From contig OZ024744.1 of NCBI GenBank assembly GCA_964016885.1, forward strand, positions 113,522,001-113,586,000: a stretch of 64,000 nt of DNA, read 5' to 3'. Shown here one piece after another: positions 1 through 11,804 of this stretch (its first letter is position 1; every line of letters starts with the position of its first letter). The notes beneath the pieces are model-generated. The model saw nothing but the letters and a program-made list of their open reading frames with translations. It had not been told where the DNA came from and did not search any database. A program made the translations under genes and the position numbers. This DNA is from Eledone cirrhosa. Its lineage: Eukaryota.

Positions 1-310
1 GGGACGGGGGTGTATTTTGTTAGAGATGCCTACTCACTGTAGTAGGTTTTACTATGTATTTAGGTAAGGCGGGTCTTTATTACCGAGAACCGCCAAAGGT
101 CTCGGTCCAGTGACATTGTCTTGGAGAGGTGTAAGTGTGAGGTCGGAATTTATCAGCTCATCCCAGGTTTTTCTAGGTCTGCCTACTCCGTGGCTACCAT
201 CTATCTTTATTGCCCTGCACTTTGTTATACAGCTATCGACTTTCATGCGCATCACGTGTCCATACCAACGTAGCCTTCTCGAGTAAACAACATCTGATCC
301 CTCTTACTTG
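1..310 (-). mobile_element. RTE LINE 3' fragment
   Basis: [29 protein letters not shown]. Positions 1-77 are almost identical to the 3' UTR at ~49972-50050. Confidence 0.85.
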
Positions 311-518
311 CCCTCATATATGTACTTACACACAAATTTTCACCATACACATGCATTTGTACATACACACATATGTTCATTTGTGAGTGTATATACATAC
401 ATATACACATACCCTAACTCTATTTCCTTATGTTTTTTTATATATCTCTTTCATTACTTTTATTTATATATGTTTTGCATTTCTTGAGGAGACTTTCCAA
501 ATATTTCACTATGTTTTA

Positions 519-596
519 AATTGCCTTGTCCGACGAACGAATGAGGACGTTTTTCGTATTCGTCTTATTCGGGAAACCTCTGGTAATGAGGTAATT
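519..596 (+). ncRNA. Type I hammerhead ribozyme motif, core variant CCGACGA
   Basis: Stem I aattgccttgt/atgaggtaatt, core CCGACGA (U4C), ~11-bp stem II cgaatgaggacg/cgtcttattcg, GAAA, stem III cc-tct-gg, GUA site. Confidence 0.75.
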
Positions 597-706
597 ATAT
601 TGTATATTATACATTAAATTTTGCTCTGGTACTTACATAGAGCACTCCTATGACTTTTTCAATTTTCAACGGAAACTTCAATACCTATATATATATATAT
701 ATATAT

Positions 707-1067
707 CATCATCATCATCCTCATTTTACGTCCGCTTCTCCCTGCCTGCAAGGGTGTGACGGGAACTGATTCTGGCTTGATTTCTACACCTGGATGCCTT
801 CCCTAACAGCAACCTCATTCACTGAGTGCTGGGTGCTTTTCTTTCTGTGACGCCTACACGTCCGCTTTACAGTGTGGGCTGGGTGCTTTTTTGCCGTGGA
901 ATGATAGGGAACCCAGTCCTATCATCTCCTTTCTACAGCTGAGTAAACAGGAGCAATGTGAAATAAAGTGTCTTGCTCAAGGAAACAACACATCACCCGT
1001 CTGAGAATTGACCTCACAACCTTTTGATTGCAAGGCCAATGCTCTAACCAGTAAGCCATGTGTCTCC
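707..1067 (-). mobile_element. tRNA-derived SINE family A
   Basis: tRNA-like head with A/B boxes, RTE-type 3' tail and (GAT)n end. Homologous to the copies at 6463, 10017 and 36471. Confidence 0.9.
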
Positions 1068-1080
1068 ACATATATATATA

Positions 1081-1288
1081 TTTGTTTTGCAAGGTTTTTG
1101 ATATGAAATTGTGTGTTGAAACAAATATTGTTATACTTGGGAAGGGTCATGTAATAATCTTGCCAGAAATAATAACAGAACACACTCACTGTTTGGTTGG
1201 TTTTTACTTCTGTATCTTTTATATCTCCATAGTTAATATATCTGGCAATCAATGTTTACCATTGACTGACCAACAGTTAAAAATACAG

Positions 1289-1294
<6 letters not shown>
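1081..1294. repeat. Short unclassified interspersed element between (TA)n tracts
   Basis: Its first ~115 bp recur, folded back, at 11979-12140. Confidence 0.7.
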
Positions 1295-1337
<43 letters not shown>

Positions 1338-1341
<4 letters not shown>

Positions 1342-3574
1342 AACAAAGTTCTTTCGTTGCACATCTGCAACATCATCAGTGGTACTATTATCATGTTTCC
1401 TCCTATTGCATTGTATTGTAATGTTTACGCCATTTTTATTTCATTTACTTATTTTTGTCGCTGTCTCTGTGCATGTTTGCATGTGTGTATAATGTTTGGT
1501 GTGTATTTTCGCTTTTGAGTGTATGTGGTTTTTGGTTTCTGTATCCTATCTTTGTTCACTAGTGTGTGTTTATATGTGTTTGTTGTTATTGTACTTGTGT
1601 ATATATTTATTTATATTTCCCTTATGTCAGTATTGTTTGTTTGGGTATGGTTGTTATTCCATTCATTTTTTTCTATTTAACTTTGGTTTTCTAAGTTCTA
1701 TTTCACCCGCTTCTCTGATTTGCCTACCTGTTGGGACATTTCTATGTTTAGATATTATTTTAATTTCTATGTTGTCTATGTTACCGTCATGTCTTTGTCT
1801 GGCATGTTTGTATAGTACTGACTCGTTTTTTTGTCCTTTTAATTTCCCCCAGTGTTGGTCTATTCTTTCTTCTATGCTACGAGCTGTCTCACCTATGTAT
1901 GTCGTTCTCATGTTTCTGCAAGTACCCTCTGTACATCTTATGCTATAGACTACATTTCTAGTTTTACAGTTTATCTGGGGGTTCACTTTACATATAACAC
2001 ATTTCTTATTAGTACAGTGGGTTTTCTTAAAGGGGCATGTTTTCTGATCAGAGATTTTATGGTAGTTCCTGGCTTTTCTACCACCTTAATCTTTAAGTGG
2101 GTCTTTCTTAGGGTCTTACTACATCGGTTAGCTAATTTCCCCCCAGGGGCAGCATCCACGAACATGACACTCTGGTATCTCTGGTTGTCATACCATAAAG
2201 TGGCTTTCCCTATCTTATGTTTAGTCCTATCTAAGCTATTCCATGATTTACTCCTGTATAATGGGCAAATTCATTTAATGTCCATTTCTATGAGGGTCTT
2301 ATACTTCTCCGTGGCTCCTTTGTATACTCTGATTCTGTCTCTTTGGTTGTAGCTAGAGAACTGCATACAGTTGATGAAGTGTTGGATGTGTCCTTCCATT
2401 TCAGTTGGGTCGCACATGCGGGACACATTCTTCATCACTCTTACCAAGTCTGCGATCAGAATATTAAACTTAGCACTACTGGACATTGCTGAGTTTTTGA
2501 GTATCAGGTGTTTGGAGTCCATGGGTTTAGCATAGTGCGATTGGAGAATTTGGGCCCTCTCATCTATAGTGTTAATCCAGAGTTCCGTGTCTAATACAGG
2601 TAGTCTATTGTTAGGGTGTTTGGAAGGGTAGTCAATAGTTACAGTTATACTCTGGTGTTTGGAGTTAGCTATCTGCTGGATGCTTTCCATTGTGCTATTT
2701 TCTAATTCATGTTTATTAGTACTCCCTTGTGGGCGTGTCCTTATTACTATATTGATATTGTCTACATAACGAAAGTACATGACGAGGTCTATGGAACTCT
2801 CTTCAAGGAGTTCCCTGAGTCTCCTCTCCCACCATACCATAAATAGATTGGCAACATCACCAGCTATGCTGACGTTAATGACTGCTCCCTCATTCTGGGT
2901 GTAGAACTTTTCATTAAATTTAAACATATGGCCTTTTAGGGTAGTTTTAATACTAGCCCCTATTGCATGCGCGACCATTTTTCTCACCTGATCGTTGTTT
3001 TTGGGTGTCCATATGGCTTTGGTCCATCCATTCCATCTTCCTATGGGAGTCTTTTTAGCCATTGAGGTTATGGTGGGGGGTCTACATCTTATGGGTCTAC
3101 TGGGGCAGAAACAGCTAAGGTCATGGTTATCTAGGTACTTGGTGTCATAAGTAAGTCTAAGTAGGAGGCCCAGTTCATCTGTGTCGACGTCGCAGAACTC
3201 CACCTCACTCTCACTGATTATCTCCACACATTTTTCCACAGCAAAATCAATGTTAATGGATGGGTACAGTGATGCTACATCCATACTGCCTATTATGCAG
3301 TTAGATAAGTTTTTGTTTTTGTTGCATTCATTGATTCTGCTGAGGTCCTCTGTACTGTCACATACATCTGGGGACATCTTGATTATGGGGCGTAAAACCA
3401 TAGAGAGGAAGTAGGAGATCCTGTAGTTACTAGCAATATTGGCTCCACATACAGGTCTTGTTGGTGGTCCTGTTGTTGGGTCGTCGGTTGTCATATGGTC
3501 TTTGCGGAGCCCATACAAGGGCGGTATGTCATCGTTAGACGCTTGAAAGTTGTTGGCAGTGCGTCTGCTTGGCT
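1338..3574 (-). mobile_element. Penelope-like element (RT + GIY-YIG endonuclease), disrupted and 5' truncated
   Basis: ORF 2271-3518 has YGLRKDH, RPVCGA, MDVASLYPSI, YFRYVDN and LPVLD. ORF 1663-1986 has NVVYSIRC..YIGETARSIEERIDQH..E..LN. A CxxxxCxxC..C linker sits in the shifted frame. One in-frame stop and one frameshift. The 3' end abuts (TA)n. Confidence 0.93.
1341..1386 (-). ncRNA. Minimal hammerhead motif at the PLE 3' end
   Basis: Minus strand acca-CTGATGA-t-gttgca-gatg-tgcaac-GAAA-gaac-TT-tgtt. Perfect 6-bp stem II but damaged stem I. Confidence 0.7.
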
Positions 3575-3662
3575 TAATTTAGTGGGATAAATTTTGTTCA
3601 TCTTATATGTTTTGTCAGCTGACAAAACATATAAGATGAACAAAATTTATCCCACTAAATTA
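3575..3662. repeat. Perfect 88-bp palindrome at the PLE 5' junction
   Basis: Two 44-bp arms centred on AG|CT (3618/3619), no spacer. Confidence 0.95.
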
Positions 3663-3839
3663 CCTTTTAATAAAAGAGTTTGTATACCACAACAAATAGA
3701 TGATGAAACAAAGGCACAATTTACCATAGCTAGAAATAAACTTAGACAGGTAGTACACCAATATACCAAGAGACAACGCAGACCAGAAATCCAACAACTT
3801 GAAAGGCTCTCAAAGGAAACATCAATAACAAGGCACACT

Positions 3840-4735
3840 CCTGGGATCACTACTGTTTTTGGTGGCTCTCTCAGACATGCCCTCTGTAGTACATACAACA
3901 TCCCTCACTAGCTATGTTGATGACACTAAGGTAGCACAGGCAATCAAAACCCGGCTGATGCCCTTTTACAACAAGATCTGGATGCCATATACAGATGGGC
4001 TGAAGACAACAACATGCAGTTTAATACAGTACAACACAGTTACACTCGACTAGGAGGGACCGAAATTCCCGTGTCGATATCGATACGAGACCTAGGAATA
4101 CACAAGAGCGACGATGCATCTTTTTCCTCACACATTACAATGTGCAGACGACTCGCTGGCTGGATCTTGAGGACTTTCCAGACAAGAGACCATGTTGACA
4201 CTATGGAGAACATTTGTCCTAAGCCGCCTGGACTATTGCTCCAAGCTGTGATCACCCCATAGTGTCAAACTAACCACGGAGCTTGAGGCAATCCAGCGAA
4301 GCTACACCAAGAGGATTGCGACGATGAAGGAGATAAGCTACTGGGAGAGGCTAAAAGAACTGAACCTCTACTCCTTGGAGCAAAGACGGGAGAGATACGC
4401 AGTGATCTACATGTGGAAAATCCTGGAGGGACTAGAACCAAACTTTGGCATTGGGAGTTAAACCAACCCCCAAACAGGACGTCACTGTGTGGTGCCACAT
4501 CTAGAATAAGGAACAGATATTGCAATAGCCTGGGGTTCAAGACCCTCAACTCTTCAACAAGCTGCCAAGGGATCTGAGAGATCTGCATGGTGTGGATGTG
4601 GATGTCTTCAAGAAACATCTCGACACCTTATCCAGGATTCCGGATGAGCCCTCAGCAAGGCACGAGGGAAACCTAAGGGCAGCAGCAACAAACTCCCTCT
4701 TGCACCAGTGGCCAACCAATACAGGCTAGAGATAA
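3840..4735 (+). mobile_element. Degenerate CR1/L2-group LINE RT 3' fragment
   Basis: SYVDDTK, LQQDLDAIYRWAEDNNMQFN, RDLGI, GWILRTF and SYWERLKELNLYSLEQRRER, spread across frameshifts. Confidence 0.8.
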
Positions 4736-4764
4736 AATGAGTAGCAACAAGGGTGGTTGTTAAA

Positions 4765-6460
4765 TAAAGAGAATATATGGCAGCGAGAGGAACTTTCCCA
4801 ACTAGACTAAAATGAGGTACCAGCTATCAAAGTTAACAGCAGTATAGTAGATAAGGTGATTGAGGATTCGAAGGTAGGGAAGGTAGCTGGTGTATAAAGT
4901 CAGAGACAAGTGTCTTGTAGAGTAACCAAGCAGTGTAGGTAGGTGTCATACCTAATGACTGATGTAAGTGTCATTGTCAATTGCTTCAGGGAGACACACT
5001 AGAGAGAGACACAACTGGTGTAACAGTGTCATTGTCAACTGTTACAGGGAGACAACTGGTGTAACCGTGTCATTGTCAACTGTTACAGGGAGACACACTA
5101 CAGAGAGACACAGCTGGTGTAACAGTGTCATTGTCAACTGTTACATAGTGAGACACTAGAGAGAGACACAACTGGTGTAACAGTGTTATTGTCAACTGCT
5201 ACAGGGAGACACTAGAGAGAGACACAACTGGTGTAACAGTGTTATTGTCAACTGCTACAGGGAGACACACTGGAGACACAACTGGTGTAACAATGTCATT
5301 GTCAACTGATACAGGGAGACACTAGAGAGAGACAACTGGTGTAACAGTATCATTGTCAACTGTTACAGGGAGACACACTAGAGAGACAACTGGTGTAACG
5401 TCATTGTCAACTGTTACAGGGAGACACTAGGGAGAGACAACTGGTGTAACAGTGTCATTGTCAACATCTACAGGAAGACACTAGAGAGAGACACAACTGG
5501 TGTAACAGTATCATTGTCAACTGTTACAGGGAGACACACTAGAGAGAGACACACAACCAGTGTAACAGTGTCATTGTCAACTGTTACAGGGAGACACTAG
5601 GGAGAGACAACTGGTGTAACAGTGTCATTGTCAACTGTTACTGGGAGACACACTGGAGAGAGACACAACTGGTGTAACAGTGTCATTGTCAAAATCTACA
5701 GGAAGACACTAGAGAGAGATACAACTGGTGTAACAGTGTCATTGTCAACTGTTACTGGGAGACACACTAGAGAGAGACAACTGGTGTAACAGTATCATTG
5801 TCAACATCTACAGGAAGACACTAGAGAGAGACACAACTGGTATAACAGTGTCATTGTCAACTGTTACAAGATGACATACTAGAGAGAGGCATACCTGGTG
5901 TAACAGTGTCATTGTCAACTGCTACAAGGAGACACACTAGAGAGAGTTAATTACAGAGACACCAAATTGTTAGATGAGGTTATGAAGGTTGTAGAAGAAG
6001 TGATAGCTAAGTTGATTAGGGACAGAATTAACATTGATGAGATACAATTTAGCTTTATGCCAAGATTAGTCAAGAGGAAAGGTACTCAGGAAATAAACTC
6101 CCTCCTATATTCAGAAGGTTAACTAGAAGTAGTTGATAACATTTGCTACGTTGTTGATCTCATTAACAGTGGAGGTGGATGTATTGAAATTGATGTCACT
6201 GAGTGAAGACAGGGTAGAAGTTCAAGGAGTTACCTTTGCTGGTAACAAAGGGTTTCTCTCTCAGGGCTTAAAGGCAGATTATTTGAAGTTTGAATTTAAA
6301 CTGCTATGCTACAGGGCAGCAAAATATTGGCCTTGAAAACAAGACTTGTAACGGCTAGAAAGAAATAATGCATGTGTGTTATGCTGAATTGGCAACGATA
6401 GTATACATGAACAAGAAAGCAGAAATAAAGTGAAAGAAAAGATGAATATAAAAGGAATCA
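4765..6460 (+). mobile_element. Highly degenerate RTE LINE hosting a satellite
   Basis: Remnants PAIKVNSSIVDK, NYRDTKLLDEVMKV, IDEIQFSFMP, LVTKGFSL and RLERN are collinear with the intact RTE ORF. Confidence 0.75.
4968..5947 (+). repeat. ~56-60 bp tandem repeat (~17 copies) derived from RTE ORF
   Basis: Unit acaactggtgtaacagtgtcattgtcaactgttacagggagacacactagagagag reads WCNSVIVNCY..DTLER. Confidence 0.92.
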
Positions 6461-6462
6461 TA

Positions 6463-6804
6463 TCATCATCATCATCATTTCATTTTATGTCCACTTTTTC
6501 CCTGCTTGCAAGGGTGGGACGGGAACTGATTCTGGCTCGATTTCTACAGCTGGATGCCCTTCCTAACACCAACCTCATTTACAGTGAGTGCTGGGTGCTT
6601 TTTTGCCGTGGCACCTCTACGACCACTTTGCAGTGGAATGATATGGACCCCTGTCCCTATCATCTCATTTCTACAGCTGAGTAAACTGGAGCAATGTGAA
6701 ATAAAGTGTCTTGCTCAAGGAAACAACATCACCCGCTCTGAGAATTGAACTCACAACCTCTTGATTGCAAGGCCAATGCGCTAACCACTAAGCCACGTGC
6801 CTCC
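6463..6804 (-). mobile_element. tRNA-derived SINE family A
   Basis: Reverse complement of the copy at 10017-10363. Confidence 0.9.
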
Positions 6805-6854
6805 ATGCTATATAGAGAGATATGTTCCATGGAAATCAATAGCTGCACAATCAA

Positions 6855-7193
6855 ATAAACTATATAGGGTAGCAATAAACAGATAAAACTATATAGGCTA
6901 GCAATAAACAGATATAACTATATAGGCTGTAATAAACAGATATAACTATATAGGCTAGCAATAAACAGATATAACTATATAGGCTAGCAATAAACATATA
7001 TAACTATATAGGCTAGCAATAAACAGATATAACTATATAGGCTAGCAATAAACAGATATAACTATATAGGCTAGCAATAAACAGATATAACTATATAGGC
7101 TAGCAATAAACATATATAACTATATAGGCTAGCAATAAACAGATATAACTATATAGGCTAGCAATAAACAGATATAACTATATAGGCTAGCAA
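6855..7193. repeat. 29-bp minisatellite (~11-12 copies)
   Basis: Unit aactatataggctagcaataaacagatat. Confidence 0.93.
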
Positions 7194-7432
7194 GAAAGAA
7201 ATAACTGATATAACATGGTTTCTAAAGCATTAATAGAAAACTAGGAAATATAAAGTTATAAAATTACATATGATACAGAGAAGATATTGTTTCTATGACA
7301 ACCATAAAGACAGATTTACAAAAACTAGAAGGAAACATTTGCAAATAAATCATTTGTAGGAAAAATTTGCTGAAATAAAAAAAAAATACACAAAATTTAT
7401 TTTAAGCATTATCATATATTGTATAAGGAAAT

Positions 7433-7623
7433 AATTGTTTCTACTTTTGGCTCAAGGTCAGCAATTATCCCAGTGTATTACTGGTACTTTATTTTATCGA
7501 CCCCCGTAAGGATGAAAGGCAAAGCTAACCACGGCAGGATTTGAACTCAGAACGCAAAGGGCCATAACTATGCTGCAAAGCATGGCGTCTGACACTCTAC
7601 TGATTCTGGTAATTCACTACCCT
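7433..7623 (-). mobile_element. tRNA-derived SINE family B
   Basis: Minus strand B-box gagttcaaatcc followed by ctttgcctttcatcc..gggtcgataaaataaaagtaccag. Further copies at ~19528, ~22245, ~22380 and ~43033. Confidence 0.8.
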
Positions 7624-7718
7624 CTGTAAGGGAATAATGAAAACAAATTATGCAGGTTTTCATGATTAGAGTGTTGGACTTACAACCATAAAGTTATGTT
7701 TATATGTATGTATACACG

Positions 7719-7774
<56 letters not shown>

Positions 7775-7894
7775 ACGGTGTGGTAAGATATCAGGTGGAC
7801 CATATACATATATATATATATGTATATACACACACATATATGTATACATACATACACACACATATATGTATATGTATATACATATATTAAGAAG

Positions 7895-9374
7895 TGTGCA
7901 GCAGTGTTCTCATAAATTGCTACAAAGGTAAAGGGGATGCTCTGGAGTGGAGCAATTATAGGGCATAAAACTGATGGATCAGGTTATGAAAGTGGCAGAA
8001 AGGATTTTAGCACAATTAATTAGAGAAAGGGTCAAACTAGATGAGATGCCATTTGGTTTTGTGCCTGGGAAAAGTACAACAGATTCCCTCTTCTTGGTGA
8101 GACAATTACAAGAGAGGTTCTTAGAGAAGAATAAGCCACTATACTTAGCTTTTGTTGACCTAGAGAAGCCCTTTGATAGGGTACCTCGATCTGTCATCTG
8201 GTGGTCCCTAAGGAAACTAAGTGTAGAGGAATGGCTTGTGAGGACAGTGCAAACTTTGTACAGAGGTGCTGTCAGTAAAGTCAGGGTAGGAATAGAGTTT
8301 AGTGAGGAATTCCAGATACAAGTAGGAGTACATCAAGGTTCGGTCCTCAGCCCGCTCTTGTTCATTATAGTCCTCCAAGCCATAACAGAGGAGTTTAAGA
8401 CTGGCTGTCCATGGGAACTTCTCTATGCTGATGATCTGGTTCTTATAGCAGAATCAGTAGAGGAGCTAGAGAATAAATTCTGGCAATGGAAACAGCAGTT
8501 GGAATCAAGAGGACTGAGAGTGAACCTAGCTAAGACAAAAGTGTTGATGAGTAGAAAAGAGGACAGAACTCTGATTCCATCAGGGAAATGGCCATGTTCG
8601 ATATGCAGAAAAGGAACTGGCATAAATTCTATAAAATGTACACAATGCAGATCCTGTGTACACAAGAGATGTAGTGGGATAGCAGGCAAACTAACAGGTA
8701 GGGAAAAATATGTATGCAATAGTTATATAGGGAAATTTGACAGTAGAAGTCACATTGATAGACACATTTTTCAAATGCAGGTAGGTTCAATAGGAGTGGT
8801 TGATAGCTTCCGGTACCTAGGAGATCAGATTAGCATGGGAGGGGGGGGGGGGGTTCCGAGGCCATAAGTATCTAGAATAAGGACAGGTTGGAAGAAGTTT
8901 AGAGAGCTGCTTCCTCTGCTGACGAAGAAAGGTTTCTCCCTGCATACAAAAGGCCGGTTATATGATGCCTGTGCGAGATGCGCGATGCTGCATGGTAGTG
9001 AGACATGGGCAGCAACTGCAGAGGATATGCAACGGCTGGAGAGAAATGAGGCAAGCATGCTCCGTTGGATGTGCAATGTCAATGTGCGTGAATGGCCGAG
9101 CATGGATGTGTTGAGAGAGAATCTGCGATGGTATGGACATGTGATGCGCATGGAGGATGACCGATGGGTGAAGAAGTGCCAAGAAATGCGAGTTGAAGGA
9201 AGATGTAGAGGAAGACCACGAAAAACATAGGTGGAAGTGGAGAGAGCAGCCCTCAGATCGCTGAAGCTCACGGAGGAGATGACGAAGGACCATGACAAGT
9301 GTAGAGATGCTGTGCTGAATAGAACCAGTCCCACCCTTGCAAGCAGGGAAAAGCGGATGTAAAATGATGATGAT
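7895..9374 (+). mobile_element. 5'-truncated RTE LINE (RT, Cys-rich finger, 3' tail)
   Basis: ORF 7974-8867 has FVDLEK.FDRV, GVHQGSVLSP and LYADDL, then MLHGSETW and GRPRKT. Ends in (GAT)n. Confidence 0.95.
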
Positions 9375-9647
9375 GTGCTAGCAGCTGAAGTATATGGTAA
9401 GTTATATCTGTATAACAACAGTGTGTGTAACCGGGACTGTGCTAACGTGTCTATGTAAACATGCCAGAAAATAGGAATTTAATGCTTGTGATGGTAATTA
9501 AGATATATATATATATATTAGATATGTGTATATTTAGAAACACGCAAGTGCAGTCTTGCTTACTCACCCTGTATTTATACAGATATAACTTTAATATATA
9601 TACACACACACTTGCACGCACATATATACACACACACACACACACAT

Positions 9648-9914
9648 GTATAAAGAAAAAAGATGAAATCAAAAATGCAACTGGAGTCTTTTTTTAAAAA
9701 TATATTTATTTGACTCTTTTACCGGTTTCGCAGTTCTTGTGCTTTTCGAAAGTAGAATTGAGATGGAGGGTTTGTGGAGTAAAACCACAAACCATCCATC
9801 TCAATTCTACTTTCGAAAAACACAAGAACTGCGAAACCGGTAAAAGAGTCAAATAAATATATTTTAAAAAAAAAACTCCAGTTGCATTTTTGATTTCATC
9901 TTTTTTCTTTATAC
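9648..9914. repeat. Fold-back palindrome, 130-bp arms and 7-nt loop, each arm with a degenerate hammerhead
   Basis: Arms 9648-9777 and 9785-9914 are near-perfect complements and contain cttt-CGAAAA-(g/a)ca..tgc-GAAA-ccgg-TA-aaag. Confidence 0.9.
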
Positions 9915-10016
9915 CTTCACTCGTGTAGGACACCTCGGTTATTTTTTTCATTTTATTAAAAAACCTCACTTTCTAATATATATATATATATATTGATGAG
10001 GCACATGGCCACGGAT

Positions 10017-10363
10017 GGAGGCACATGGCACAGTGGTTAGAGCATTGGCCTTGCAATCGAAAGGTTGTGAGTTCAATTCTCAGACCGGGTGATGTGTTGT
10101 TTCCTTGAGCAAGACACTTTATTTCACATTGCTCCAGTTTACTCAGCTGTAGAAATGAGATGATAGGGACCGGGGTCCTTATCATTCCACTGCAAAGTGG
10201 TCGTGGAGGTGCCACGGCAAAAAAGCACCCAGCAATCACTGTAAATGAGGTTGGTGTTAGGAAGGGCATCCAGCTGTAGAAATCAAGCCAGCATCAGTTC
10301 CCGCCTCACCCTTGCAAGCAGGGAAAAAGTGGACGTAAAATGAAATGAAAAATGAAATGATGA
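10017..10363 (+). mobile_element. tRNA-derived SINE family A
   Basis: ggaggcacatggcacagtggttagagc (A box), ttgcaat loop, gagttcaattc (B box), tail cccttgcaagcagggaaaaagtggacgtaaaatga. Confidence 0.92.
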
Positions 10364-10370
10364 TATATAT

Positions 10371-10665
10371 GTTTGCCCTTTGACAGATTTTGTTTTTCGT
10401 CGCGCAGGGTATCCAAAATCATCCACCCCACCAAGCAAGCTTGATGAAGTTGCCGGTTTAGTCGCTGATGACCAGACCCTGCACATGTTGTACTAGGTTA
10501 CATGTTACCAGTAGCGCTGAAGAGCGACTTGATGAAAAAAGCAGAGGAACTCTGGAGAGTCAACAGCCATCCAATAAAGTATTTTTTTTTTTAGTGAAAG
10601 ACTCCTAGTCTTCATTAAGACATCCCTCTAGGAGAAGGTCACTCTGATCTAAAACCTGCACCTTC
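10371..10665 (+). mobile_element. Probable orphan 5' UTR of a non-LTR element
   Basis: GC-richer structured island ending in ctctaggagaaggtcactctga, which resembles tttaggagacctaccactccga in the RTE leader at ~37108. Confidence 0.4.
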
Positions 10666-11072
10666 ATTTGTATCAAATGATGTAGACCAGTTCTTTCTGG
10701 GTAAATACATTCAATGTTCAGAGAGTGGGATTGGCCCCATGCACAGCCTTTTCTCACTTTAAAAAGCTTCAAGATTAAGTATCAAGTGATGGCATTACTT
10801 GAAATTGAGTTGCAGCCATCATTAAATGTGTGTGTGAATAATGCAACAATTACTGTGTCAGCATCAGGCAGTTATAAACAATTATATGTTAAAGTCCATA
10901 ACAGAAAATAAACTATCAATGTGTGTGTATGTATATGTACAATAAGGTGGCGCTTGATCATAGCCTTAGTTGAGCAAAGAACCAAAAACAACATATCAAA
11001 TGGTGTAAGGAAGCACACTAGAATTATCCCAACATTTCTTGGGTTGAAAAACTACATAAGCTAACACTTTAA

Positions 11073-11258
11073 CCCTTTTGTTACCATATTTCGAATGAAA
11101 GACATTGTCCATGATTTCCAATTAATTTTTTAAATAATCTAAAATTTGGAAGGATTTAATAATAAAAATGTTTGGAACATAACTTAACAATGGTTCTTAT
11201 ATAAAATCACATAAATATATAACTTGGGGTGGTTTCAGGTAGTTAGGTATCAAAAGGG
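11073..11258. mobile_element. piggyBac-type MITE
   Basis: TTAA|cccttttgttacc ... ggtatcaaaaggg|TTAA. Related decayed copies at ~17330-17540 and ~32286-32530. Confidence 0.8.
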
Positions 11259-11408
11259 TTAAATGTAAAAAAAAAAAAAGAAAAAAATAAGGAAATTTGA
11301 ATGAAAAGACATAAAATAAAAGAATAGCATTGGTCATCTATGTAACAGTTTCTAAGTTGACTACATTGGCAAGAGGCTGACGACATATACACACGTACAT
11401 ACATACAT

Positions 11409-11439
<31 letters not shown>

Positions 11440-11804
11440 ATGTATGAGTGTGTGTGTATATGTACCAAAAATGTCCATGGGAAGGAAAACATAAAAAAGC
11501 GCTCTATCTAGTGCAAGAGAGCTAATTTGTTACCATACATACATGTAACTTGCATTATACTACCTTAAGTTTCAAGGCATAGGCATGGACTACATACTGT
11601 TGAGTGCAGTGTGCAGTTGCTGCGATGCCTGTGGCTTGAAACATAAGGTAGTGCAATACATGTCTCTTGTGCGTGTCATAATAAATAATATATATATATA
11701 TATAACCAAAGATTAGTATGGTTCGTTGATTAATCAATGAATACAATTTTACAATAGATTAGAAGCACTCAACAGAATTTTTCCTGGGGTTTTTAATATT
11801 ATTC

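Noticed and set aside
2271-2273. In-frame TGA in the PLE ORF as possible selenocysteine
   Set aside because: The context (K*ICPLYR) is more simply a nonsense change in a copy that also has a frameshift and a YVDN active site. No SECIS was identified.
4968-5947. CRISPR-like array (repeat with internal hairpin TGTAACAG..CTGTTACA and variable linkers)
   Set aside because: The linkers are not unique spacers, the unit is RTE coding sequence, the context is eukaryotic and there are no cas genes.
10017-10095. tRNA-Cys gene (ttGCAat loop)
   Set aside because: There is no proper acceptor stem and it continues into a SINE body present in four copies, so it is a SINE head.
10460-10545. CTGATGA and CTGAAGA cores as hammerheads
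   Set aside because: No stem II, GAAA and UH in the correct arrangement.
11555-11634. Possible alternative terminal OSBP exon (ATGIAATAHCTQQYVVHAYALKLKVV*) in compatible phase
   Set aside because: Weak AAG acceptor and no similarity to the conserved OSBP C-terminus. It would need cDNA evidence.
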